DNA from: Patescibacteria group bacterium
GTDB lineage: Bacteria > Patescibacteriota > UBA1384 > 2-12-FULL-50-11
Length of the DNA: 64,000 nucleotides
Direction: 5' to 3'
Assembly: GCA_038058635.1 (NCBI GenBank)
Contig: JBBUAP010000001.1
Span: 197,190-261,189, forward strand
A model generated the notes under the pieces. It was not told the DNA's origin. It did not search any database and saw only the letters and a program-made list of their open reading frames with translations. Both the position numbers and the translations under genes were made by a program. Shown here in pieces: positions 27,196 through 36,860 of this stretch. How positions within the stretch are numbered: position 1 is the first letter of the stretch; every line of letters begins with the position of its first letter.

Positions 27196-28683
27196 ATGAC
27201 ACCAACAACGATCGGCGCTTTAGCCGCGGGAATTGGCTTGGCCGCTGGATATATCGTCCGTCAGATACTACTAACACGCACGCAAGAGGATCAAGAGGGC
27301 AAGTATAAAGAATTAATTCTCCAGGGTAAAGAAGAAGCGCTCAAACTCAAAGAAGAAGTCAAAAAAGAAGAGAACGACCGTCGGAAAGAACTCGAGAAAG
27401 TCGAGTCGCAATTGCGTGAACGAGAAGTTTCAATTGAGCGTCGGATGGAAAAGATTGAGGGCGAGAAAACGGAGTTGGAAGGCAGAACCCAGCAACTAGA
27501 ACTGGCCAAAGCCGACATCACGGCCCTACACGACCAGCAGGAAAAAGAGCTGGCCAAAATCGCCAAGCTAACCAAAGACGAAGCTCGGGAGAATCTGCTC
27601 AAAGAAGTGGAGAAGGATTACGCCGAAGACATCATCCGCAAAATTCGCTCGATGAAAGAGCAGATGAAATCGCATTGGGACACCGTCGCTCGAGAGTTAA
27701 TCACAACCGCGATCGAACGACTGGCAACTGACCAAACCGCCGAGATGACGATTTTCGCTTTCCACCTACCTAACGACGAGATCAAGGGCAAAATTATTGG
27801 CAAGGAAGGTCGCAACATTCAGGCCTTTGAGAAAGCCACAGGAGTCGATTTGATTGTCGACGAAACGCCGGAAACGGTTTTGATCTCCAGTTTCGACCCA
27901 ATTCGCCGCGCCGTTGCTAGTAAAGCTCTGGGAATGCTAATTAAAGACGGTCGAATTCAGCCGGCCAAAATCGAAGAATTAGTGCTTAAAGCCCAATCGC
28001 AAGTTGAGGACGAAATCAAAGACGCAGGCGAAGCAGCCGTGGAAGAAGTGAACTTGGTCGGTATCCACCCGGAATTGGTTAAGCTACTTGGCTCGATGAA
28101 GTTCCGGACATCTTACGGCCAAAACCAACTTCAACACGCCATCGAAGTTACGCATATTGCTGCGCTTCTGGCGGAAGAAGTCGGGGCAGATATTAATATC
28201 ACTAAAAAAGGCGCTCTCCTGCACGATATCGGCAAGGCCGTTTCGCACGAGGTGCCCGGCTCGCATGTTGATGTCGGTGTCGAGCTGGCTCGCAAATACG
28301 GCATGAGCGAGGAGGTTATCCATTGTATCGAGGCCAGTCACGAGGATACCGACGCCAAAACCGTTGAAGCCATTTTATCGCGCACGGCCGATGCCATCTC
28401 TTCGGCTCGCCCTGGCGCTCGTCGTGAATCGACCGAGCAGTTTATCAAGAGGATGACGGAGCTGGAGAATGTTGCTAACTCGTTTACAGGTGTTGCTAAA
28501 TCGTTCGCCATTCAAGCCGGTCGTGAAGTGCGAATTTTGGTCAAGCCAGAGATGATTGACGATCTGACGGCGATGAAACTGTCGCGCGATATTGCGAACA
28601 AAATCGAGGCGGACTTGCAGTACCCGGGTACGGTCAAAGTTAACGTTATTCGCGAAACACGGTTTGCGGAAATAGCGAGATAA
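27196..28683 (+). CDS. rny: ribonuclease Y
   Basis: N-terminal TM, coiled coil, KH domain (GKEGRNIQAFEKATGVDL), HD domain (LLHDIGKA). Confidence 0.9.
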   Translation: MTPTTIGALAAGIGLAAGYIVRQILLTRTQEDQEGKYKELILQGKEEALKLKEEVKKEENDRRKELEKVESQLREREVSIERRMEKIEGEKTELEGRTQQLELAKADITALHDQQEKELAKIAKLTKDEARENLLKEVEKDYAEDIIRKIRSMKEQMKSHWDTVARELITTAIERLATDQTAEMTIFAFHLPNDEIKGKIIGKEGRNIQAFEKATGVDLIVDETPETVLISSFDPIRRAVASKALGMLIKDGRIQPAKIEELVLKAQSQVEDEIKDAGEAAVEEVNLVGIHPELVKLLGSMKFRTSYGQNQLQHAIEVTHIAALLAEEVGADINITKKGALLHDIGKAVSHEVPGSHVDVGVELARKYGMSEEVIHCIEASHEDTDAKTVEAILSRTADAISSARPGARRESTEQFIKRMTELENVANSFTGVAKSFAIQAGREVRILVKPEMIDDLTAMKLSRDIANKIEADLQYPGTVKVNVIRETRFAEIAR

Positions 28684-28870
28684 ATCTCGGCTTTTCAGCT
28701 GTCAGCCATCAGCTTTCAGCAGAAATAGCCCGCTAGCTCACAAATCCCAAACAAGTTCCAAATATCAAGCCACAAAGTTCGGAACAGTAAAGTCTGAGGA
28801 ATTGAGATTTGTTTAGACTTTGGGGTTTCGAGATTGGGATTTCCATTACTTTTCGGCTACGCTGAATATA

Positions 28871-29086
28871 ATGGATCGAAGTGGGTTAGCGAAAAAGTTA
28901 GCCGAAAAAAGCCAGCTTTCGGAAGAGGAGGCGGGTAAATTCGTCGAGGCCTTAACGGAAACTTTGGCTGAATACTTCAAAAAAGGCGAAAAAGTTGTGA
29001 TCGCTGACTTCGGCAGTTTTTATGTTCGGGACGACAAAACTGTTCAATTCAACCCCTCGGCAAAACTCAAAGACCAGGTCGGGTAG
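28871..29086 (+). CDS. HU/IHF-like DNA-binding protein with shortened beta-arm
   Basis: GLAKKLAEKSQLSEEEAGKFVEALTETL..VVIADFGSF HU fold, but the R-N-P-x-T arm tip is missing. The start was taken at the internal ATG. Confidence 0.45.
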   Translation: MDRSGLAKKLAEKSQLSEEEAGKFVEALTETLAEYFKKGEKVVIADFGSFYVRDDKTVQFNPSAKLKDQVG

Positions 29087-29125
29087 TCCCCACAGTTTCG
29101 ACTTTTGACCTTTGAGTTATTTCTG

Positions 29126-29198
29126 TGCCCTCGGCAGGAGTTGCACCTGCGACCATTTCCTTAGGACGGAACTGCTCTATCTACTGAGCTACGAGGGC
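29126..29198 (-). tRNA. tRNA-Arg (anticodon CCU)
   Basis: Acceptor GCCCTCG/CGAGGGC, D arm GCTC-AGTAGATA-GAGC, anticodon loop GTCCTAA, T arm GCAGG-TGCAACT-CCTGC. Confidence 0.8.
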
Positions 29199-29249
29199 GA
29201 ACGAAGTGAGCCCTAGTAGTGTAAGTAGAATTAGACTGAAAGTCGAATA

Positions 29250-29268
29250 TCCACTGAGCTACGAGGGC
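29250..29268 (-). pseudogene. truncated duplicate of tRNA-Arg 5' end (acceptor + D stem/loop only)
   Basis: GCCCTCGTAGCTCAGTGGA matches the first 19 nt of the tRNA-Arg downstream. It has no D-stem return, anticodon or T arm. Confidence 0.5.
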
Positions 29269-29295
29269 TTGAGTCTAGCTTAAACTAAAGTTCTG

Positions 29296-29325
29296 GGTGG
29301 CGGGGGAATCCCCGCCACCCTGGTT
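29296..29325 (-). terminator. perfect GC hairpin GGTGGCGGGG-gaat-CCCCGCCACC
   Basis: Read directly. Lies downstream of the small minus-strand ORF. Confidence 0.5.
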
Positions 29326-29339
29326 CGTTCGACAGATGC

Positions 29340-29537
29340 CTACTCGTCTTCGAGAAGGTCTATACCCATCGCTCGGAAGCACCCTCTGATCGTTTCGCAC
29401 CCTTGCTGATCGCGACTCTCCGGTTGTTCCAAAGTTTCCCGAGGAGCCTCAACAGCTGGTTCGATCTTGTTCTTAGGGTCTTCAAAGCGCGCCTGGCGAA
29501 CTGCTGACGATAATGCGGTCAGGACCGCTGTTAGCAT
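29340..29537 (-). CDS. hypothetical small protein
   Basis: 65-aa ORF followed by the GC hairpin. No family recognised. Confidence 0.25.
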   Translation of the reverse strand: MLTAVLTALSSAVRQARFEDPKNKIEPAVEAPRETLEQPESRDQQGCETIRGCFRAMGIDLLEDE

Positions 29538-29622
29538 TCCTTGCTCCTGCTGTCAGTCTAAACGCCGCTTGCTGCGTTCAATTAAAGAACGTTACAGGTT
29601 ATAATGTCGGAAGTCAAGTTAA

Positions 29623-29695
29623 CGGGCTGTAGCGCAGTTGGTAGCGCGCGTCGTTCGGGACGACGAGGTCGTGAGTTCGAGTCTCATCAGCCCGA
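29623..29695 (+). tRNA. tRNA-Pro (anticodon CGG)
   Basis: Acceptor CGGGCTG/CAGCCCG, anticodon stem CGTCG/CGACG with loop TTCGGGA, T arm GTGAG-TTCGAGT-CTCAT. Confidence 0.85.
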
Positions 29696-29772
29696 CTAAA
29701 AAAGTGCGTGGTCACCCCGACCATTCAAAAATGGTATTTTCGCCGAGGATATATTTTGTTACTCTTGAGTTA

Positions 29773-30795
29773 ATGCCTCAAAAGATCGACATCACCAACT
29801 CCACCCTCATCCGTTTCATCCTCATTCTGCTGTCCCTGTGGTTTGTCTATTATATTCGCGATGTTTTTGTCCTGCTTTTCCTAGTTCTAATCATCGTCGC
29901 CGGACTTTCGCCAACCGTGGATCGGTGGGCCAAGAACATCACTCGACCCGGAGCAGTTATCTCGGTCTTTTTACTGATTTTCGTGGTGCTGGCGGCAATC
30001 TTTTCACTGCTGGTGCCGCCGCTGATCGAACAGATGCAGGAGTTTAGCGTTAATCTACCCACCTATGCCGAGTCACTTGACCGTCAAGGCGATGGGTTTT
30101 TACCTCAATTAACCGACCTGATTGTCAAAAATATCAACCAACTATCTGGCTCGCTCGGTAACATTGGCCAGCTGCTATTTTCTAAAACCGTCGGTGTTAT
30201 CAGCGGGGTGGTAGCGGTTATCACCGTTCTCGTGTTGACCTTCTATCTTCTGCTCGAAGAAGAGGGCTTGAAGAAAATCTATCGCGGTCTACTGCCGGCT
30301 GGCCATCACGAAGCTTTGAGCGAAACAACGCGCAAAATCGCTTCCAAACTTGGCGCCTGGTTGCGCGGTCAACTATTCCTGATGTTTGTCGTGGGCGCTT
30401 TCAGCACTATCGGTCTCTTTATCGTCGGCTCTCCTTACGCCCTCACTTTGGGTTTGTGGTCGGGCTTGACCGAAGTCATTCCAATTCTCGGCCCCTGGAT
30501 TGGCGCCATTCCTGGAGTTGTTGTAGGCCTAGCGGAGTCACCGCTCCAAGGTTTTCTAACCCTAATGGTTTATGTTGTGGTTCAGCAACTTGAGGGCAAT
30601 GTCTTGGTCCCACGCATCATGTCCAAAGCCGTTGGTCTCAACCCCTTTATTGTTATTCTGGCCATTCTCATTGGCGGCAAGCTTTACGGCTTGATGGGGG
30701 TGCTACTTTCGGTACCGCTGGCGGCGGCAATTTCGGTTGTAGCTGAAGACTGGCCTTTAATCCGCGACACATTCTCCGGTCGGCAAAAGAACTGA
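29773..30795 (+). CDS. AI-2E family transporter (PerM/YhhT, UPF0118)
   Basis: 8-TM layout with the conserved C-terminal LSVPLAAAISVV region. The start was set at the first Met after the tRNA. Confidence 0.75.
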   Translation: MPQKIDITNSTLIRFILILLSLWFVYYIRDVFVLLFLVLIIVAGLSPTVDRWAKNITRPGAVISVFLLIFVVLAAIFSLLVPPLIEQMQEFSVNLPTYAESLDRQGDGFLPQLTDLIVKNINQLSGSLGNIGQLLFSKTVGVISGVVAVITVLVLTFYLLLEEEGLKKIYRGLLPAGHHEALSETTRKIASKLGAWLRGQLFLMFVVGAFSTIGLFIVGSPYALTLGLWSGLTEVIPILGPWIGAIPGVVVGLAESPLQGFLTLMVYVVVQQLEGNVLVPRIMSKAVGLNPFIVILAILIGGKLYGLMGVLLSVPLAAAISVVAEDWPLIRDTFSGRQKN

Positions 30796-30814
30796 CCTCG
30801 GTCACTCCTGACTG

Positions 30815-31954
30815 ATGAACATCCTCATCGGCTCCGTCACTTACCCGCTAGCCAACGGCGTCACTACCTCGATCAATACTAGTGTTGATGGATTTCTGGC
30901 GGCCGGACACCAGGTGGCGATAATTGCCCCGCGCTACGACGATATTGGCAAGGCTCGACCCGAACACCATCCAATCACTTCTTCGGAAATTGGTCGCTGG
31001 TTTATGTCGGCACTCCATAAAAAGGAACGCCTTTTTTCGGTCACTAGCGCCGGTGACGAGATTGAAAAAATTGTCGAAGATTTCCAGCCGGACGCTTTTT
31101 GGCTTCATACCCTGACTTGGGCGCCCAACGCTTTCGAAAAAGCGATGCAGAAATCGGACCGGCCGAGCGTCCTGACTTATCACACCCTCGTTGAAGATTA
31201 CGGCCGGGCTTACGCCGGCGAGATCGGCGCTTGGCGAATGCGAACTCGCTCTCGAGATGTCGCCAGCGAGATGGACGCGGTTATTGTGCCAAGCTCGGTC
31301 ATTGCCAAGCGTTTGTCGCTCTACGGCGTCAGGAAAGATATGGATGTCATTCCAACAGGCATTCATATTCCCAAGACTTCCTACACCAAGCATGAGATCG
31401 CCGAACGATTTCATTTTCCAGCCGATGCCACCCTACTATTATATGTCGGCCGAGTCTCTCGAGAGAAGAATATTACTAAACTGATTCAAATGACCCAGCC
31501 ACTCCTGCAGGATCAGAAAACTGTCCTAATGTTGGTTGGCCCGGGAGATTTAGTCGAGACACAGACTCAAGCCCAAAAATGGGGCGTTGGTCGACAAGTG
31601 ATTTGTGCTGGCGCCCTGCCTAAAGAGGACACTCAAAAAATTTACGGCGCCGCCGATGCCTTTGTCTTTGCTTCGCAGACCGAAACCCAAGGACTGGTCA
31701 TCGGCGAAGCGATGCTGGCCGAGACGCCGGTTGTTGCTCTTTACTCACCGATTCAACCAGAGATCTACCCTGATCATGTTGCCGTCGTCGTTCACGATCC
31801 GCGACAGTTTGCTAATTCAGCCAAAGAGATATTGGCAGACGATGCGGGCCGAAAAATCTTAACCACCACGGCCAAAAAATTTGTCGAAGACAATTTTTCC
31901 ATCGACGGTATGATCACCAAACAAATCGCCCTGTTCGAGCGACTAATCGGCTGA
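30815..31954 (+). CDS. GT4-family glycosyltransferase
   Basis: GT-B fold with the C-terminal E-x7-E region (FASQTETQGLVIGEAM). Confidence 0.7.
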   Translation: MNILIGSVTYPLANGVTTSINTSVDGFLAAGHQVAIIAPRYDDIGKARPEHHPITSSEIGRWFMSALHKKERLFSVTSAGDEIEKIVEDFQPDAFWLHTLTWAPNAFEKAMQKSDRPSVLTYHTLVEDYGRAYAGEIGAWRMRTRSRDVASEMDAVIVPSSVIAKRLSLYGVRKDMDVIPTGIHIPKTSYTKHEIAERFHFPADATLLLYVGRVSREKNITKLIQMTQPLLQDQKTVLMLVGPGDLVETQTQAQKWGVGRQVICAGALPKEDTQKIYGAADAFVFASQTETQGLVIGEAMLAETPVVALYSPIQPEIYPDHVAVVVHDPRQFANSAKEILADDAGRKILTTTAKKFVEDNFSIDGMITKQIALFERLIG

Positions 31955-31971
31955 ATGTGGACAGGATAGTC

Positions 31972-32631
31972 CTATTGATAGTTGCTGAAAATTCCTCTGG
32001 TCCAGCCAGTTATTTTTAACAAAAGATTGGCGTCGCACACATATATATCAAAAGTCCCGAGAGGCAAGCTATCTCTTTTGCCTCGACTTGATACAATCAT
32101 TTTTCGGTAGGTTTTATAGAATTTGTCTAAACTGATACCGCTAACTTTCGACCAGTGTTTTTCAGCCAATTTGTAGTCTAAATGGGGATGGATATGAAGA
32201 TATCCGCGAAACTTATCTTTAGGAACTTTGCATATCTTTTTAAAAAATACCATCATTATCTTTATCATTTCAGGGTCACCATTTGAGAATCTAACCATGC
32301 TTTGAGTTTTGCCTCCTTCTGCCCAGTAGAGCATTGTTCCGACCAACCACAACTCCTTGTTGCTGAGTCTAGAAATCTCATTCTGGGCATTAGAGATCAC
32401 TAAGTTTCTCTTGCCCAATTCATTGCGTAGTCGAGTTGCCCTCCTCCTCTCGACTACTTCAGCATTGGTGTGGTTCGCGATTAATCGCATCTTCTGCTCG
32501 CTCGTTAGCTCGATGTCTCTAACCCAGAGGCTTATGCTACTTTTGGCAACTCCTAGTCTCTTGGTAATTTCCTTGAGAGAGTGACCTTGCCGTCTCAATT
32601 CCTGAGCTTTTAGTTTTTCAATCTTCTTCAT
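31972..32631 (-). CDS. HTH + single-LAGLIDADG-like domain protein (paralog B)
   Basis: HTH LKEITKRLGVAKSSISLWVRD. LWLVGTMLYWAEGGKTQSMVRFSNGDPEMIKIMMVFFKKI closely resembles I-DmoI motif 2. About 35% identical to the protein at 22019-22735. Confidence 0.5.
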   Translation of the reverse strand: MKKIEKLKAQELRRQGHSLKEITKRLGVAKSSISLWVRDIELTSEQKMRLIANHTNAEVVERRRATRLRNELGKRNLVISNAQNEISRLSNKELWLVGTMLYWAEGGKTQSMVRFSNGDPEMIKIMMVFFKKICKVPKDKFRGYLHIHPHLDYKLAEKHWSKVSGISLDKFYKTYRKMIVSSRGKRDSLPLGTFDIYVCDANLLLKITGWTRGIFSNYQ

Positions 32632-32691
32632 CTACAAAACCGCTGAGTACATTACTACTTAAGCGTAACTCAGGAGTTCGAAATGTCAATG

Positions 32692-32764
32692 TGGGTGGTA
32701 GAGGGCTCGAACCTCTGACCCCTTGAGTGTAAATCAAGTGCTCTACCAACTGAGCTAACCACCC
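32692..32764 (-). tRNA. tRNA-Val (anticodon UAC)
   Basis: Acceptor GGGTGGT/ACCACCC, anticodon stem CTTGA/TCAAG with loop TTTACAC, T arm AGAGG-TTCGAGC-CCTCT. Confidence 0.85.
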
Positions 32765-32768
32765 ATCG

Positions 32769-32851
32769 TGCCGGGGGCGGGAGTCGAACCCGCACGCCCT
32801 TTCGAGCAGAGAATTTTAAGTCCTCCGTGGCTGCCATTACACCACCCCGGC
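32769..32851 (-). tRNA. tRNA-Leu (anticodon UAA), long variable arm
   Basis: Acceptor GCCGGGG/CCCCGGC, anticodon loop CTTAAAA, a ~15-nt variable arm, T arm GCGGG-TTCGACT-CCCGC. Confidence 0.8.
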
Positions 32852-32855
32852 ATTT

Positions 32856-33824
32856 TTACTTTTTTTCTGCTTTCTTGACTGCAGTTTTGCGTACGACGCC
32901 CCCTATTGTACCGGAAACCAGCGCCTCTGTCGCTAAGAAACCGGCCACTTTTCGGCCGCCGTTGCCACCCAAAAGTTTAGCTAAACGACCAACATTGAAG
33001 GTCCGGCTTCGGGTTCGTAAACTTCCGCGCCAACCGTCATCAGTTTCCACTAGCACCAGCGTTGCCTTAGTGCCTTCGATTGAACATAGATATTTCGCCA
33101 AACCAGCTAGGTCGGTTTCGGTGGCGCTGGTTTTGGCGAGCGTCGCTTTACTAACCCGGGCGACGGCGATGCCGAGCGAATTAATCGAAACTGATCCCAA
33201 CACTTCTCCCCACAATCGCATCTTTTTCAGTTCCCGATGCGGCTCCAAAGTTGAGCGCAGGCGTTGATAATCGGCGCCTTGACGAACCAATCTTGCCGCC
33301 AATCGGAGCGTGTCGCTGGAAGTATTGGCGTACTGAAAACCGCCGGTATCGGTATGAATTCCCAGCAACAAGGCCGTTGCGACACCAGAGGTAATCGGCA
33401 GACGCAATTCATCGATAATATTGGCGACCATTTCGCAGGTCGATGACGCCTTAGGATCACGATAATACTCGTTGGCGATTGTCGCTAAATCACCCATTTG
33501 ATGATGATCAATGACGATGATCTTATGGCGCTTGGCTAACCGCGTCAGCTCTGACGCAAAACCGGTCCGTTTAAGGTCAGGGCAGTCGAGCACGACAAAT
33601 AGACCGGCGCTCGGCGACAACGATGAATCGATCGAAAATGGACCAAGCGCCTCGGTAAAGACGCCGGCGATCGGACTGACGCAAGCCAGTTTTATCTTTT
33701 TTTCGGGCAGGGCTCGTACTAGCGCCAAAGCCGAACCGATAGCGTCGCCGTCGGGATGTTGATGGAGAATCAAGACGAGCGAGTGTGCGAGGCGAAGCGA
33801 TCCGGCAATCGACTTCGCTGACAT
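32856..33824 (-). CDS. DHH-family phosphoesterase (NrnA-like oligoribonuclease/pAp phosphatase)
   Basis: HQHPDGDAIGS (DHH motif I), VIDHHQ (DHH) and GGH region. Confidence 0.75.
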   Translation of the reverse strand: MSAKSIAGSLRLAHSLVLILHQHPDGDAIGSALALVRALPEKKIKLACVSPIAGVFTEALGPFSIDSSLSPSAGLFVVLDCPDLKRTGFASELTRLAKRHKIIVIDHHQMGDLATIANEYYRDPKASSTCEMVANIIDELRLPITSGVATALLLGIHTDTGGFQYANTSSDTLRLAARLVRQGADYQRLRSTLEPHRELKKMRLWGEVLGSVSINSLGIAVARVSKATLAKTSATETDLAGLAKYLCSIEGTKATLVLVETDDGWRGSLRTRSRTFNVGRLAKLLGGNGGRKVAGFLATEALVSGTIGGVVRKTAVKKAEKK

Positions 33825-34285
33825 CAGGCGAGAACAATGTACTCTCGGCCCTCCTCTGGCATGGTAGTATCGGATATTTTTGCGCTCTCAACAGGGTCAG
33901 ATTTAATCGATCCCTTAACTTCTTCGACATCAGACTTGGCGCTGACGATAACTAAATTCGGGTCGTACTTTTCGAGCGTCTCATTAAAGAAAGTTTTGTT
34001 TAAGATCGGCAAGGATTGGCTGAAAATGACGACATCGCTGGGAGAAAATTGGGCTTTTTCAAAGGCGGTTGGTTTGTCGGCGCCAAAGACATAAACAATT
34101 TGAAGTTTGTCCCAGACGATTAGAGCGGCCGACTGGCCGTAAACAATTTCGACGCCATCGGCTTCATATTCGCCTGGCTCGTCGACGGTGAGCTCACCAA
34201 GCTCAATCTTTCGTTCAGCCAACGTTAATTTTTGCTGGGTATTCTTCAGCTCGAAACCGGTTGCGTTTGTTTTGGCTTGGAGCAT
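33824..34285 (-). CDS. hypothetical protein
   Basis: No His residues, so it is unlikely to be MBL-fold. No family assigned. Confidence 0.3.
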   Translation of the reverse strand: MLQAKTNATGFELKNTQQKLTLAERKIELGELTVDEPGEYEADGVEIVYGQSAALIVWDKLQIVYVFGADKPTAFEKAQFSPSDVVIFSQSLPILNKTFFNETLEKYDPNLVIVSAKSDVEEVKGSIKSDPVESAKISDTTMPEEGREYIVLA

Positions 34286-34294
34286 TTCTGTTGA

Positions 34295-35374
34295 TTACTT
34301 TTTAGTGGAGTCGGCCAGTTTCAGGGAGATTTTGCGGAGCTCTGGCTCAATCGTCACGACTTCAAACGAATAGGTCTGGCCGTCTTTAATAACGCTGTCC
34401 GGCTTGGCGCCTTCTGGCATTTGACTGACATGGAACAAGCCCTCGAGATTGTCGCTCAAACGAACGAACGCGCCATAAGGAGTAACGCGAGTAATTTGGC
34501 CGTCAATGATTTGGCCGACGGTTAGATTTTTGATCTCGCTCTGCCATGGATCTGGTTGAAGTTTCTTCATCGATAGCGAGACGCGTCCACCTTCGACGCT
34601 CACAACTTCCGCTTCGACTTCCTGACCGGCTGTGAAGTGGTCACGCAAATTGCTAATTCTCTGCCAGGAAACTTGGGAAATGTGCACTAGTGCCTCTAGG
34701 CCGCCGATGTCGACGAACAAGCCGAAATCGACAATGCCAGTAACTTTGCCTTTGACCTGCTGGCCAACTTCAAAGCTTAGGGCTTTCTCTTCTAAATCAG
34801 CATCGCCAGCCGCTTTTTCGGAAAAGACGATTTTATTGGTTGGTTTGTCGTAAGACATAATCTTAACATCGATGGTCTGACCGATTAGCTCCATCAGTTT
34901 GGTTTGAATCTGGCTGCGGTCGCCGTTAACGCGCGGGTAGTGTTTGGCCGAAAGTTGGCTGACAGGAATAAAACCTTGCATATCGCCGTACTGGGCGACG
35001 AGGCCGCCTTTGTTGGCTTGAATAACCTTAACGCTGATTGCTTCGCCTTCGGTATTGCGCTTTTCGAGCATGCCCCAAAGCTTTTCCTTCTCGGCTTTTT
35101 TGAGCGATAGAATGACATAGCCGTTATCGTTTTCGGTCGTTAGCACATAGGCACGGATCGTGTCGCCGGCTTTAAAACGGGCGGCGTCGGCCGAAAGCTC
35201 TTTTTCCGGAATGATGCCGGTTGCCAGTCCCGCGACATCAACCAGGATATGGTCTTTGGTCGTGGAGATAACCGTTACATCAATAACTTCACCGTCGGTA
35301 AACGGTACGAGTGTGTCGCCGAGTAATTCGACGAGTGCATCCATGGTAGTTGGGCTGGCTAGTGTTTTAGGCAT
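34295..35374 (-). CDS. rpsA: S1 RNA-binding domain protein (ribosomal protein S1-like, 4 S1 repeats)
   Basis: Four repeated OB/S1 motifs (e.g. GQIIDGQITRVTPYGAFVRL and GQQVKGKVTGIVDFGLFVDIG). Confidence 0.7.
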   Translation of the reverse strand: MPKTLASPTTMDALVELLGDTLVPFTDGEVIDVTVISTTKDHILVDVAGLATGIIPEKELSADAARFKAGDTIRAYVLTTENDNGYVILSLKKAEKEKLWGMLEKRNTEGEAISVKVIQANKGGLVAQYGDMQGFIPVSQLSAKHYPRVNGDRSQIQTKLMELIGQTIDVKIMSYDKPTNKIVFSEKAAGDADLEEKALSFEVGQQVKGKVTGIVDFGLFVDIGGLEALVHISQVSWQRISNLRDHFTAGQEVEAEVVSVEGGRVSLSMKKLQPDPWQSEIKNLTVGQIIDGQITRVTPYGAFVRLSDNLEGLFHVSQMPEGAKPDSVIKDGQTYSFEVVTIEPELRKISLKLADSTKK

Positions 35375-35376
35375 AA

Positions 35377-35883
35377 TTAATTCTTCTTTTTGTTGGGAGA
35401 CTTTTCTTTGCTCTTTGGAATATACCTGAAGAAGCGTTCTCTTTCAAGGTAGTCACGGCGTTTAGCGGGGGCGACGCGTCGTTGATAGAAGGCGACCCAA
35501 CCAATCCAGACGATAATTACCACCAGACTGGCCAGAATGACCAGCCGACTTGAAAGATAAGTAATTGCTTGGGAGCGGAAAAAGGCGTAGCTGATGGCGA
35601 TAATAATAATGAAAGCGACGATGTTGGCGAGTTGATTGATCGGGGCCTCGTAGATCGGCACGGACGCTTGGGCGAGCTTGAGTCGTCGGCGCCAAATGCT
35701 TAATCCGACGATTAGCGCGATTACTAACAAGATGGTTGTCAGGCCGTACGAGGTTTGCGGCGACAGCCCTGTTTCGCTCCAGTAGCTCCAACTGAAGAGA
35801 TTCTTTAAATCAGCCCAAGCAAAGCGTTGGGAATCGAGATAGTTACCGATGGTGGCGAAACGGCTGGTGAAAAAATTGCTCAT
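35377..35883 (-). CDS. hypothetical membrane protein
   Basis: Three or four TM helices and a basic C-terminus. Confidence 0.3.
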   Translation of the reverse strand: MSNFFTSRFATIGNYLDSQRFAWADLKNLFSWSYWSETGLSPQTSYGLTTILLVIALIVGLSIWRRRLKLAQASVPIYEAPINQLANIVAFIIIIAISYAFFRSQAITYLSSRLVILASLVVIIVWIGWVAFYQRRVAPAKRRDYLERERFFRYIPKSKEKSPNKKKN

Positions 35884-36209
35884 CAGCTGATTTTACCCCC
35901 CGGTTCCACTTTTGTCACTGGTGTCAGCATTACCGGAGCATCTTCGTTCGAAGCGCAGAGCATCATCCCCTGGCTCGTCACGCCGGCCAATTCTTTTGGC
36001 TCGAGATTAGTTAAGAACGGCGCCTGCTCGCCAACGAGTGTGGCCGGATCTTCGATGGTTTTGCCGATGCCAGCCAAAATGGTTCGAGATTCATCGCCAA
36101 AATCCACTGTTAGTTTCAGCAGTTTTTTAGAGTCCTCTAACCGCTCGGCCTGCGTGATGGTGCCGATACGAATGTCTAGTTTTTGGAAATCTTCGATGGA
36201 GATAATCAT
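35883..36209 (-). CDS. tRNA-binding protein (CsaA/Trbp111-like OB-fold)
   Basis: FQKLDIRIGTITQAE..KKLLKLTVDFG matches the MetRS C-terminal tRNA-binding domain family. Confidence 0.7.
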   Translation of the reverse strand: MIISIEDFQKLDIRIGTITQAERLEDSKKLLKLTVDFGDESRTILAGIGKTIEDPATLVGEQAPFLTNLEPKELAGVTSQGMMLCASNEDAPVMLTPVTKVEPGGKIS

Positions 36210-36769
36210 CTTACTTTTGGCATATTAACAGGATTTACGTAGGTTTCCTCAACATTTTGGGTGAAAGACTTCAGCTCGTCGTTGTTCATAATCTCGACTC
36301 CGAGATCACTGGCGGTACCTCTAATCAAGCTTTCGGCTCCGGATTCCTCGTCTTTTGAGCTAACCATCACTTCGAACTCAAGATGGTATCCCCAAGTTTT
36401 ACTGTATTTAACCGCGACTTCCACTCCCTTGTATTTGAAATCGTGACGAAGAATTATCGGCTCAACTAAATACTTATGGCCCAGCTCTTCAAAAAGTTTA
36501 ATTGCTTTTTGGGTGTCTGTTTCGGCGATTGGAAATTCTATCTCTTCAAAGGAGTGTCCGTAGCCAATCTTTGTTAGCTTTAAGGTTATTTTTCCGGTTC
36601 TTTTAGTAATGTTGTTCGTCACTTTGAGCAGGCGATCAGGCATAACGAAGAACCAAACTCTCTTATCGTCGGCGCCTAGATCCTTCCCGTGTTTCAACAG
36701 GAACTTCAAAACGCGGTCGTAAATTTTTCTGTCAATTTGAGATCGGAATTCAACTTCAATATTTTTCAT
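36206..36769 (-). CDS. CYTH-domain (triphosphate tunnel metalloenzyme) protein
   Basis: N-terminal IEVEFRS (the ExExK motif) and later E-x-E pairs (EIEFPI, HLEFEV). The start was set at the internal Met to avoid overlap with tRNA-Phe. Confidence 0.55.
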   Translation of the reverse strand: MKNIEVEFRSQIDRKIYDRVLKFLLKHGKDLGADDKRVWFFVMPDRLLKVTNNITKRTGKITLKLTKIGYGHSFEEIEFPIAETDTQKAIKLFEELGHKYLVEPIILRHDFKYKGVEVAVKYSKTWGYHLEFEVMVSSKDEESGAESLIRGTASDLGVEIMNNDELKSFTQNVEETYVNPVNMPKVR

Positions 36770-36772
36770 CCG

Positions 36773-36844
36773 TGCCGAAGGGGTGAATCGAACACCCGAC
36801 ACCACGTGCTTCAAACGCGTGCTCTACCACTGAGCTACTTCGGC
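36773..36844 (-). tRNA. tRNA-Phe (anticodon GAA)
   Basis: Acceptor GCCGAAG/CTTCGGC, anticodon stem CGCGT/ACGTG with loop TTGAAGC, T arm GGGTG-TTCGATT-CACCC. Confidence 0.85.
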
Positions 36845-36860
36845 AAATTTTATAATGTAC

